Assembly (NCBI GenBank): GCA_001916055.1
Contig: MNRR01000035.1
Span: 17,302-77,128, forward strand
Origin: Clostridium sp. 28_12
Lineage (GTDB): Bacteria > Bacillota > Clostridia > TANB77 > CAG-508
Direction: 5' to 3'
DNA length: 59,827 bases
A program made the position numbers and the translations under genes. Positions 1 through 7,647 of the stretch are shown in pieces. The notes under the pieces were generated by a model. It saw only the letters and a list, made by a program, of their open reading frames with translations. It did not search any database and was not told the origin of the DNA. Each line of letters opens with the position of its first letter. Within the stretch, counting starts at the first letter, position 1.

Positions 1-237
1 AGATATATATTCTTTAATAGCCTTTTCTACAACAGCATAATTTCTTTCTGTTTTTATATTGAAATCAATGTTTTCTTTTGTTATATCTGATTGTAATATT
101 TTATTAGTTTCTTCTGTTAATATATTCGTCTGCTTATTATTAAATTCACTAAAAGCAAAATTAAAACCTACTATTGCGATTATCAATATTATTAAAATTA
201 TTATTGCTATTGTCATTTTTTTATTTTCCATTTTCAT
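1..237 (-). CDS. hypothetical membrane-anchored protein, N-terminal part only (gene runs off the window start)
   Basis: Minus-strand frame is open from the window edge up to ATG at 235-237 (alternative 229-231), preceded by AAGGA. It translates MKMENKKMTIAIIILIILIIAIVGFNF..., a short N-terminus plus one hydrophobic helix. Confidence 0.4.
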   Translation of the reverse strand, partial: MKMENKKMTIAIIILIILIIAIVGFNFAFSEFNNKQTNILTEETNKILQSDITKENIDFNIKTERNYAVVEKAIKEYIS

Positions 238-263
238 TTTTCCTTTCGTATACATTTATTTCC

Positions 264-398
264 GCACCGAAAAAAAGCGGAATAATCCGTGCAGTTTTGC
301 ACGGAGAAAAAGCGAGATAATCTGTGCAATTTTGCACCGAAAAAAAGCGAGATAATCTGTGCAATTTTGCACCGAAAAAAAGCGATCTCAAATGTGCA
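264..398 (+). repeat. tandem array of 4 units (period 35 bp) of the TTGCAC..GAAAAAAAGCG..GTGCAA intergenic repeat family
   Basis: Units start at about 264, 299, 334 and 369 (gcaccgaaaaaaagcgg/agataatc(c/t)gtgca). The array ends exactly at the glyQS stop codon (399-401). Confidence 0.9.
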
Positions 399-1781
399 TT
401 AAAATTCGATTTTTTCTCTTATCCAATTTTCAAGCTCGTCTATATTGATTCTAACTTGTTCCATTGTATCTCTGTCTCTAATTGTTACTGCATTATCTTC
501 TAATGTATCAAAATCTACTGTTACGCAATATGGTGTTCCAATTTCATCTTCTCTTCTATAACGTTTTCCTATTGAACCTGTTTCGTCATATTCACACATA
601 AATTTCTTTGATAATTTTGTGTATACTTCTTCTGCTTTTTCTGATAATTTTTTAGATAGTGGAAGTACTGCTACTTTGTATGGTGCTAATGCTGGATGTA
701 AATGTAATACCGTTCTTGTATCTCCCTCTGCAATTTCTTCTTCATCATAAGCATTACATAAAAATGCTAATGCAACTCTATCTGCTCCTAATGATGGTTC
801 TATACAATATGGAACATATCTTTCATTTGTTTCTGGATCTAAATATGTAAAATCTTCTTTTGACATGTTCATATGATTTGTTAAATCATAATCTGTTCTA
901 TCTGCAATTCCCCATAATTCACCCCATCCAAATGGAAAGGCATATTCGATATCTGTTGTTGCTTTGCTATAAAATACTAATTCTTCTGGGCTGTGGTCTC
1001 TTAAACGAATATCTTCTTTTTTCATTCCTAGTCCTAATAACCAATCTTCACAGAATTTTTTCCAGTATTCATGCCATTCTAAGTCTGTCCCTGGTTTGCA
1101 GAAAAATTCAAGTTCCATTTGTTCAAATTCTCTTGTTCTAAATGTGAAGTTTCCTGGTGTTATTTCGTTTCTAAATGCTTTTCCTACTTGTGCAATTCCC
1201 ATTGGTAGTTTTTTTCTTGTTGTCCTCATTACATTTTTGAAGTTTACAAAAATTCCTTGTGCAGTTTCTGGTCTTAAATAAATTTCTGCTTTTGCATCTT
1301 CTGTTACACCTTGGAATGTTTTGAACATTAAATTGAATTTACGAATTGACGTGAAATTGTGTTTTCCACATGTTGGACATGGAATATTGTTGTCATCTAG
1401 AAATTTTATCATTTCTTCATCTGACATTCCATCTGCTATCATGTCTTTTCCTTGTTCATGTGCCCATTCTTCTATTAATTTATCTGCTCTATGCCTTGTT
1501 TTACATTCTTTACAATCTATTAATGGATCTGAGAATCCACCAACATGTCCTGATGCAACCCAAGTTTGTGGATTCATTAAGATTGCTGCATCTAGTCCAA
1601 CATTATATTTACTTTCTTGAATAAATTTTTTTCTCCATAACTTTTTTACATTGTTTTTTAATTCTACTCCTAGTGGTCCATAATCCCATGTATTTGCTAA
1701 ACCTCCATAGATTTCTGAACCAGGATAAATATATCCCCTTGCTTTGCATAGATTAACTATTGTTTCCATTGACTTTACCAT
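399..1781 (-). CDS. glyQS: glycine--tRNA ligase (single-chain GlyQS type)
   Basis: 460-aa [47 protein letters not shown]..., a class II GlyRS signature. AGGAGG RBS; T-box leader upstream. Confidence 0.95.
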   Translation of the reverse strand: MVKSMETIVNLCKARGYIYPGSEIYGGLANTWDYGPLGVELKNNVKKLWRKKFIQESKYNVGLDAAILMNPQTWVASGHVGGFSDPLIDCKECKTRHRADKLIEEWAHEQGKDMIADGMSDEEMIKFLDDNNIPCPTCGKHNFTSIRKFNLMFKTFQGVTEDAKAEIYLRPETAQGIFVNFKNVMRTTRKKLPMGIAQVGKAFRNEITPGNFTFRTREFEQMELEFFCKPGTDLEWHEYWKKFCEDWLLGLGMKKEDIRLRDHSPEELVFYSKATTDIEYAFPFGWGELWGIADRTDYDLTNHMNMSKEDFTYLDPETNERYVPYCIEPSLGADRVALAFLCNAYDEEEIAEGDTRTVLHLHPALAPYKVAVLPLSKKLSEKAEEVYTKLSKKFMCEYDETGSIGKRYRREDEIGTPYCVTVDFDTLEDNAVTIRDRDTMEQVRINIDELENWIREKIEF

Positions 1782-1811
1782 TTGAAATCCTCCTTCTAAT
1801 GCGCTAGAAAA

Positions 1812-2040
1812 TCAAAAAACTTCCATTCCTAGCAATAAAAAATATATTGCTAGGGACGAAAGTTCATATTCCGCGGTTCCACCCTATTTCTTAAAAACTT
1901 TTATTACTAGTTTTTAAGCACCTTAATTTTTTTTACTCCAAAGCTCCCCTTATGCTTATCATTACTAGTATTCCACCATCACTAGCTCTCTATTCATGAA
2001 TCTACATAATTTTTCTTTTTCTCCGTAACTTTTTTTAATT
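1812..2040 (-). promoter_or_regulatory. T-box riboswitch leader with intrinsic terminator, controlling glyQS
   Basis: The minus strand carries the conserved T-box sequence AGGGTGGAACCGCGG (1871-1885). It is followed by a terminator stem (cctagcaat/attgctagg, extended by aactt/aagtt) and a T-run at 1814-1819. AGAGA-type stem I elements lie upstream. Confidence 0.8.
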
Positions 2041-2046
2041 GTTCAT

Positions 2047-2075
2047 ATTATATTCCTTTATTTTTCGGTTGTCAA
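2047..2075 (-). promoter_or_regulatory. sigma-A type promoter for the T-box/glyQS transcript
   Basis: Minus strand reads TTGACA (2075-2070), a 17-nt spacer, then TATAAT (2052-2047). Both hexamers match consensus exactly. Confidence 0.7.
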
Positions 2076-2207
2076 TAAAATTTATGCAAAAAGCTGGAAA
2101 TTTATCAAAATATATGTTATAATATCATTTGTAATTTTTACTGCCTTTGGTAAAACAAAGGCATTGCAACTCTTTAACTTTTTCAATAAAATGCAGGAGG
2201 TATTGCA

Positions 2208-2543
2208 ATGAAAGGAAAAGATATTATTAAACTGGAGTATGTAGAAAAAGGCGTCGTCTATCAAGGCGAAATTGACAAAAGTAATTTTGTTAATCAGATG
2301 GAACACATGGTAAAATGGTATTCGGACTGCAATGAAAATGCATCCAGGCTCTGCACCCTGCTTCCGTCAATCGAATATATTCGGATAAACCAGGATATCA
2401 TCGACACCCAAACTAACCCGTTCATTGAGTATCACACAATCGGAGATGATACTCCAAAATGTTTGAAATTCAAACACCGTTATACAATCATCTGGAGTTT
2501 CTTTGTACATCAGTGTGAAGAAGCAAAGCAGAACTCAAAGTAA
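2208..2543 (+). CDS. hypothetical protein (111 aa) in a locally higher-GC segment
   Basis: ATG preceded by GGAGG. One of the few plus-strand genes. GC is visibly higher (about 40%) than the flanks. No motif recognised. Confidence 0.55.
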   Translation: MKGKDIIKLEYVEKGVVYQGEIDKSNFVNQMEHMVKWYSDCNENASRLCTLLPSIEYIRINQDIIDTQTNPFIEYHTIGDDTPKCLKFKHRYTIIWSFFVHQCEEAKQNSK

Positions 2544-2562
2544 TATCGAATTTCCGCCCAAA

Positions 2563-2592
2563 AACGGATGGTGTCTATTGGCACCATCCGTT
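2563..2592. terminator. GC-rich hairpin terminator between the convergent 2208 ORF and rqcH
   Basis: aacggatggtg / caccatccgtt 11-bp stem. On the minus strand it is followed by TTTTT. The right arm overlaps the rqcH stop codon. Confidence 0.6.
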
Positions 2593-4267
2593 AAGCTTTT
2601 AGTGGATTAACATTTAATGTTTTATTATTTGTAAAAATAACCATACCTGGCTTTGAACCATTTGGCTTTTTTACATATTGAACTTTACAATAATCTACTG
2701 GCACATTTGAAGATTCTTTTGCTTGACTATGCTTTGCGGCAATTTCCGCCGCTTTTACTAAAATATCATCACTTATTGGCTTATCAGCTTTTAAAATCAC
2801 ATGGCTCCCGTGTATATCTTTTGTATGAAACCATATATCAGTTTTCTGCGCAAAAGAAAGTGTTAGCCAATCATTTTCTTTATTATTTCTGCCTACATAT
2901 ATTTTAAAACCATCAATTTCATATTCGATAGGTGAAAATTTATATTTTTGAGCTTTTTTAGTATTCTTATTTTTCTTTCCTTTTTTGATTTTTTCTTTAA
3001 ATATTGCATTTTCTTTAATTTCTTCTGAAATTTCTTTTAATTCATCAAGTGTTATTGCACTTTCCAATTCATATTTTATACTTTCTATATAATCAATTTC
3101 TTTTTCTGTTTCTAACTTTTGCTCTGAGACAATTTTAAATGCATTTTTCAATTTTGAATATTTCTTAAAATATCTTCTTGCATTCATATTTGGCGCATAT
3201 TTTACATCTAATGGTATAGTAATCAAATTATTGTTATCATAGTAATTTTCTAATTGTATACTATTAGAGTGTTCATTTGACAACCTATACAAATTGGCAG
3301 TTATAAGTTCACCATATATCTTATATTTGTCCATGTCTTTACATTCCAAAAGCTTTGAATTCATATTTTCTAAACGTTTAGTATATTTCTTAGCGGTTTC
3401 ATTTACTATTCTTGAAATATTGTTTTTGTAATTATTAAAATTTTCTCTAGTTTCTCTTTCAAAATAAAAGTCATCTATAAAGAAGTTTAATTCAAAGTCA
3501 TTGTGCTTCTGTTCTGCATATTGTAATACATAATCTGAAATTTTGTCATTTTTATAGATTGGCATAAATTTTGAGTTAGAACTATTTTGAATAAGATTTT
3601 TCATATAATTATATATTTGCTCTTTGGTTCTATTTTTTACTGCACTTTCTGCAAATGAAAAGCTAATTCCTGTGAATGTTGAAGAAATAGCTTTAGCCAA
3701 ATCTTGTTCTTCTGTATTTGATATTTTTTCATTAAACACATTAAAATCTTTTATTTGCTCAAAATCCAACTTATCAGATTTTGGAAAAACATATATTCTT
3801 GATGGTAGAATTTCTCTATATGAATTTCTAGAATCTATATGCCTCATAGAATCTATTATTTTTTCTTCTTGATTTGTTAATATCACATTACTGTGTTTTC
3901 CCATTAGTTCTATTATAAGTGTTTTGGTTTCAATTTCGTTGAATTCATTTATTGTTTCTATTGAAATTTTTACTACTCTTTCTAGTCCTTGCATTGTTAT
4001 TTCAGAGATTTTTCCCCCTAGTAAGTGTTTTCTTAATAACATACAAAAATTAGGTGCAACTAATGGATTTTCTTTCTGATGTGTTGTCAAATTTATTCTG
4101 CAATTGTGTGAATCTATACAAATATTTAATGCATAATTTTTTCCGTTTAAATACAATCCTAATATTATTGTATTTTTATCTGGTTCATGTATTTTATCAA
4201 TTTTACTTCCTATTATATTTTGTAATTCATCTACTATTGCTTTTGTTGTAATACCGTCAAATGCCAT
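2591..4267 (-). CDS. rqcH: ribosome quality control protein RqcH / fibronectin-binding protein A family (NFACT)
   Basis: N-terminus MAFDGITTKAIVDELQN and C-terminal ...WFHTKDIHGSHVILK... are typical NFACT-N and NFACT-R regions. Start moved to ATG 4267, which has GGAGGA 7 nt upstream. Confidence 0.85.
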   Translation of the reverse strand: MAFDGITTKAIVDELQNIIGSKIDKIHEPDKNTIILGLYLNGKNYALNICIDSHNCRINLTTHQKENPLVAPNFCMLLRKHLLGGKISEITMQGLERVVKISIETINEFNEIETKTLIIELMGKHSNVILTNQEEKIIDSMRHIDSRNSYREILPSRIYVFPKSDKLDFEQIKDFNVFNEKISNTEEQDLAKAISSTFTGISFSFAESAVKNRTKEQIYNYMKNLIQNSSNSKFMPIYKNDKISDYVLQYAEQKHNDFELNFFIDDFYFERETRENFNNYKNNISRIVNETAKKYTKRLENMNSKLLECKDMDKYKIYGELITANLYRLSNEHSNSIQLENYYDNNNLITIPLDVKYAPNMNARRYFKKYSKLKNAFKIVSEQKLETEKEIDYIESIKYELESAITLDELKEISEEIKENAIFKEKIKKGKKNKNTKKAQKYKFSPIEYEIDGFKIYVGRNNKENDWLTLSFAQKTDIWFHTKDIHGSHVILKADKPISDDILVKAAEIAAKHSQAKESSNVPVDYCKVQYVKKPNGSKPGMVIFTNNKTLNVNPLKA

Positions 4268-4347
4268 TTCATTTTCCTCCATTTCTTTTTATATAATAGC
4301 ATATTTCACAAATACTGTAAACTATTATTTTAGATAACCCATTGGAT

Positions 4348-4854
4348 TTACATATTCATTATTGCTCCATTTGTAGGCTTTCCGGTTGCATCTTTATAAT
4401 TGTTTCCTGCTACTCCATAAACATATTTTGGTCCTACATTTCCTATCACTTGTCCCTGTTTGATTTGCTGTCCAACATACACTATATAATTTGGAGAGAC
4501 ATGGCAATATGAAATTTTTAATTGATTATCGGTAGTTAGTGTTATTGTATATCCTCCACCTCCTAAAAAGCCTATAAATGTGATTTCTCCGTCACATGTT
4601 GCTATTAGTTTTGTTCCTTCTGGTGCAGGAATATCTGTCCCTTTGTGATATGTAGATGCTCCAGAAGTTGGTGCAGTTCTTTTTCCAAATGGCGAAGATA
4701 TTGCAGTATATCCAGGTATTGGCCAAATATAATCTCCATCTTCTGTTGTTATCTGCTCTGGTGGCTGAATTCCAGGAGTTACTGCCATTGCAGGGATAAA
4801 TAAACAAGAAATTATTATCACAAATATTATTATTTTTAAGATGATTTTATTCAT
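4348..4854 (-). CDS. secreted M23 family metallopeptidase (LytM-like)
   Basis: Signal-anchor N-terminus. Contains the M23 core SSPFGKRTAPTSGASTYHKGTDIPAPEGTKLIATCDGEI...CHVSP. Confidence 0.85.
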   Translation of the reverse strand: MNKIILKIIIFVIIISCLFIPAMAVTPGIQPPEQITTEDGDYIWPIPGYTAISSPFGKRTAPTSGASTYHKGTDIPAPEGTKLIATCDGEITFIGFLGGGGYTITLTTDNQLKISYCHVSPNYIVYVGQQIKQGQVIGNVGPKYVYGVAGNNYKDATGKPTNGAIMNM

Positions 4855-4977
4855 TTTCTGTCCTTTCTTGTTTTCAAGAACAAATAAGAAAAATTTTCAA
4901 TTTTTCTTTGATTTGTTCTCGCCCGATTTGAGTTTTCGACTAAAAGGAGAAAATCTCAAAGGGTTAGCGATTGTAGC

Positions 4978-5020
4978 TTTTTATATAATAGGAAAGTATC
5001 ACTTTCCTATTATATAAAAA
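4978..5020. terminator. perfect 20-bp-stem palindrome, bidirectional terminator downstream of tRNA-Trp
   Basis: tttttatataataggaaagt-atc-actttcctattatataaaaa. The stem carries A/T runs at both ends. Confidence 0.7.
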
Positions 5021-5095
5021 AGAAAAAGCTTAGTTTTATACAAACTAAACTTCTTCAATATTTATAATTAGTGCATCCCTAAAAGATAAATACTA

Positions 5096-5170
5096 TGGCA
5101 GGGGTAGTAGGATTCGAACCCACACAGGCGGTTTTGGAGACCGATGTGCTACCATTGACACTATACCCCT
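5096..5170 (-). tRNA. trnW: tRNA-Trp (anticodon CCA), encoded CCA 3' end
   Basis: Reverse complement folds as a cloverleaf: acceptor AGGGGTA/TACCCCT, anticodon loop CTCCAAA, T-loop GGGTTCGAATCC, discriminator G plus CCA. Confidence 0.93.
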
Positions 5171-5234
5171 AAATCATTACTATAATATAGTACCACAATA
5201 CTTTTGTTTTGGCAATAGCTTTTTTGAATTTTTT

Positions 5235-5897
5235 TTACAGTTTTTTGGCAATCAATGCTTTTATTTTTATTCCTTGCTCACTAAACATTTTTTCATGTTC
5301 AGTTTCAATATTATTGTCCCAAATTGGTTCTGCATGTAAGTCATATGTCTTATCTAAAATTTTAAAACCAGATTCTTCAAAATACCCTAAACTTCCGTTA
5401 AATAAGTCATCATCATCTGTTTTAAAATATATTTCTCCATCTTCTGCTAAAAAAGTTTTGTATTTTTCAAGTTGTCTTGTATGTGTCAATCTCTTTTTTC
5501 TGTGCTTTCCCTTTGGCCAAGGGTTGCAAAAATTGATATATATTCTTTTTATATTGTCTTGCTTACCTAAAATCATTGTAATTCTTTCTATGTCAAAACG
5601 TGTTAATATCAAATTTTCTACTTCTTTATTTTGTTCTCTATATACCTGTTCTACATTTCTTTTTGCAAGACCTAACATTGCATCAACTAAATCTATTGCT
5701 ATATAATTAATATCTGGATTTTGTACGGCAAGCTGTGCTATAAATTGACCCTTTCCACATCCTAATTCTAAATTTATTGGATTATTTTGATTCTTAAATT
5801 CTTTAATCCATTTGTCTTTTAGCTCCTCTGGATTATCTCTGTAAAAATCGCTTGCTTCTAATTCTGGCCTTGCCCATGGCTTAAATCTTATTCTCAT
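5235..5897 (-). CDS. trmB: tRNA (guanine46-N7)-methyltransferase
   Basis: [13 protein letters not shown]...[10 protein letters not shown]...[16 protein letters not shown] are typical TrmB motifs. Confidence 0.9.
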   Translation of the reverse strand: MRIRFKPWARPELEASDFYRDNPEELKDKWIKEFKNQNNPINLELGCGKGQFIAQLAVQNPDINYIAIDLVDAMLGLAKRNVEQVYREQNKEVENLILTRFDIERITMILGKQDNIKRIYINFCNPWPKGKHRKKRLTHTRQLEKYKTFLAEDGEIYFKTDDDDLFNGSLGYFEESGFKILDKTYDLHAEPIWDNNIETEHEKMFSEQGIKIKALIAKKL

Positions 5898-6447
5898 CTA
5901 ATTTCTCCATTCTAACACAATATTTTTCATATAATTTTTTCATACTTTCTTTTGTTAGTGTTCCATCAATCCCTCTTTGACTTACTTCTATAAAAGTTGC
6001 CATCAAAAAATTATCTATATGCGGATTAATTAAGTTTTTTCTTTCTTTGTTAATATAATACTCCAATTGAGTGTCTTTTGTCCAGTTTTTTCCGTTATAA
6101 GTTATTCCGGCTGCTAATTCATCACATACCATTTCAACAGCATATTTATATGGCATTACCACAGTCTTTTCTGGTAATGATAAATCAGTCCAATATTGGT
6201 AGTGGTGCTTGTTTCGCCCTTTATGATGTAACCATGCTTCTGAATAACCTTTATCTTTTTTACAAACTGTTATCGGGCTTTTATGACCATCAAAATATTT
6301 TACACTTTCCCAAAATTCAGTTGGCGAAAACTTTGACCAATCATGCATAAATCCTCTCCATGGTAATCCTACTTTACAACACAATTTAAAAACTAACCAT
6401 TTATGGTGCATTACTAAATTTATATGTTTGATACATTTTATTAACAT
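5881..6447 (-). CDS. DUF5662-like conserved hypothetical protein
   Basis: [24 protein letters not shown]...[11 protein letters not shown]...[15 protein letters not shown] resembles the DUF5662 family as I recall it. Start trimmed to ATG 6447 (AAGGAGG RBS), because the ORF-track N-terminal 28 aa translate the repeat array. Confidence 0.6.
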   Translation of the reverse strand: MLIKCIKHINLVMHHKWLVFKLCCKVGLPWRGFMHDWSKFSPTEFWESVKYFDGHKSPITVCKKDKGYSEAWLHHKGRNKHHYQYWTDLSLPEKTVVMPYKYAVEMVCDELAAGITYNGKNWTKDTQLEYYINKERKNLINPHIDNFLMATFIEVSQRGIDGTLTKESMKKLYEKYCVRMEKLDENKI

Positions 6448-6459
6448 TTTTTTCCTCCT

Positions 6460-6530
6460 TGCACACCTGAGATCGCTTTTTTTCCGTGCATTGCACACCT
6501 GAGATCGCTTTTTTTCCGTGCAATTTTGCA
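6460..6530 (-). repeat. 2 units plus a partial unit (period about 32 bp) of the intergenic repeat family, opposite orientation
   Basis: tgcacacctgagatcgctttttttccgtgca occurs twice, followed by ttttgca. Lies between the cohesin-protein gene stop and the DUF5662 start. Confidence 0.9.
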
Positions 6531-6566
6531 TATAAAAGCATGGGACAAGATGCCCATGCTATACTT

Positions 6567-7616
6567 TTATTTTATGTCTTTGAAGTTTTGATTTTTCTTG
6601 TAAATTACAATTGCTGATATGATTGCTGCTGCTATTACTACAAAAAATGTAATGCTTAAACCTGCTTTTGGTAAATCTGTATTTGCTACTGTTGCATCTT
6701 TTTTGTCTCCATTTACGTTATCATTTTTTACTTCGTCTTGTTTATTCTTGTCATCTTCAATTACTAATTCATCCTTTTTTTGGCCATCATCTTTGTTAAC
6801 ATTATTGTTATCATTATTGCTATCATCTTTATTGTCTTTATTATCACCTGCTGTTTCATCCTTTTTCTCTATTGTTATTTTTAGAGTTGCTGTTTTATTT
6901 CCATCTTCTGTTGTAGCTGTTATTGTTGCTTCTCCTTCTTTTATTCCTTTTACTTGTCCATTGCTGTCTATGGTAGCTACTTTATCATCACTTGATGACC
7001 ATGTTACTTTTTTATTTGTTGCAGTTGTTGGTTCAACTACTGCTTGAAGGATTGTTGTTTCTCCAACTTTTAGTGTTGTTTTCGTTGCCTCTATTTTTAC
7101 GTTTGTTACTGCAACTGTTGGTGGTGGAGTTACTGTCTTGGCTATATTGAAACTTATAGGGTTTGTTGAAGCTTCTGCAGCTCCTTCTGCTTTATCCATA
7201 TCACCGTCTGATGCCATTAATTCAGTAAATTTAACATCTCCTGTTCCGCTAGCATTCTCTTTTACTTTTAATACTAATTTTGCGTATACTTCTCCTTCTT
7301 TTCCAACCTTTGTCACATTAAACTTTTCTCCTGATTGACCTCCTGTTGAAAATGTAGTACTTACAAATTCAAAAAAGTCTGTATTATATTCAACCTTTCC
7401 TTCGATTGCTGCAATAGAATCATCTTTTGCATTTTTTAAATCTTTTATTGTAAATGTAAATTCAACTTCATCACCTTCTACTACTGAAGTTTTATTTGCT
7501 GTAATTTCAATTGTAGCCTCTAATTTGACTAATGTGACTGCCTTTGCAAAAACTGTTCCCATCATAAATACTGTCATTAATAAGACTGTAACAATACTAA
7601 ATAATAATTTTTTCAT
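6567..7616 (-). CDS. cell-wall anchored surface protein: signal peptide, cohesin-like domain, Big_2 domain, D/K/N-rich linker, LPKAG sorting signal
   Basis: Cohesin-like segment: VKLEATIEITANKTSVVEGDEVEFTFTIKDL...IEGKVEYNTDFFEFVS. Big_2 segment: VTWSSSDDKVATIDSNGQVKGIKEGEATITATTEDG. C-terminus: LPKAG, hydrophobic helix, then KKNQNFKDIK. Confidence 0.7.
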   Translation of the reverse strand: MKKLLFSIVTVLLMTVFMMGTVFAKAVTLVKLEATIEITANKTSVVEGDEVEFTFTIKDLKNAKDDSIAAIEGKVEYNTDFFEFVSTTFSTGGQSGEKFNVTKVGKEGEVYAKLVLKVKENASGTGDVKFTELMASDGDMDKAEGAAEASTNPISFNIAKTVTPPPTVAVTNVKIEATKTTLKVGETTILQAVVEPTTATNKKVTWSSSDDKVATIDSNGQVKGIKEGEATITATTEDGNKTATLKITIEKKDETAGDNKDNKDDSNNDNNNVNKDDGQKKDELVIEDDKNKQDEVKNDNVNGDKKDATVANTDLPKAGLSITFFVVIAAAIISAIVIYKKNQNFKDIK

Positions 7617-7647
7617 TTTTTTATTTTCCTTTCTCTTGTATATTTTT

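Noticed and set aside
59-355. 98-aa plus-strand ORF at the window start
   Set aside because: It is antisense to a better minus-strand frame (membrane protein N-terminus) and runs into the repeat array. Its composition is an AT-rich shadow (I/F/L/K-rich) and it has no RBS.
264-398. Possible CRISPR array (regular ~35-bp repeats); the same question applies to 23237-23336 and 24224-24393
   Set aside because: Units are directly adjacent, so the period equals the unit length. There are no unique spacers and no cas genes in the window. This is a tandem intergenic repeat, not a CRISPR array.
659-1624. Several 60-100-aa plus-strand ORFs inside glyQS (659..850, 860..1141, 1096..1281, 1321..1620, 1370..1624)
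   Set aside because: They are antisense shadow ORFs within a confidently identified gene and are Leu/Ile/Phe-rich low complexity. The same reasoning applies to 2653..2907, 3624..3872, 4054..4251, 5209..5706, 6078..6350, 6619..7047, 7138..7338, 8233..8430, 9026..9352, 10301..10759, 11632..11835, 13045..13488, 13868..14077, 15233..15418, 16166..16363, 17456..18150, 18965..19948, 20196..20411, 21997..22452, 25451..25639, 27134..27646, 28214..28396, 29078..29260, 29843..30196, 30389..30601, 30960..31193, 31266..31571, 32538..32777, 33777..34357, 34834..35091, 37124..37465, 38560..38751, 39409..39594, 40702..40887, 41206..41517, 42332..42538, 44145..44360, 45298..45549, 48711..49022, 49453..49650, 52307..52951, 53194..54049, 55018..55338 and 58060..59238.
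2082-2306. 74-aa minus-strand ORF overlapping the glyQS promoter and the start of the 2208 ORF
   Set aside because: It spans a promoter and 5' UTR region, has no RBS and has low-complexity composition. The plus-strand ORF has a GGAGG RBS.
4592-4807. Same-strand alternative-frame ORFs nested in real genes (4592..4807, 27443..27628, 33495..33743, 37626..37844, 48749..48961)
   Set aside because: Each is fully contained in, or overlaps, a longer ORF with recognisable family motifs. There is no independent RBS or motif support.
4855-4977. Assigning the M23 leader to a known riboswitch class (ydaO/c-di-AMP, c-di-GMP)
   Set aside because: The conserved G-rich cores of those classes are not visible in this AT-rich leader. 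Only the generic structure is reported.
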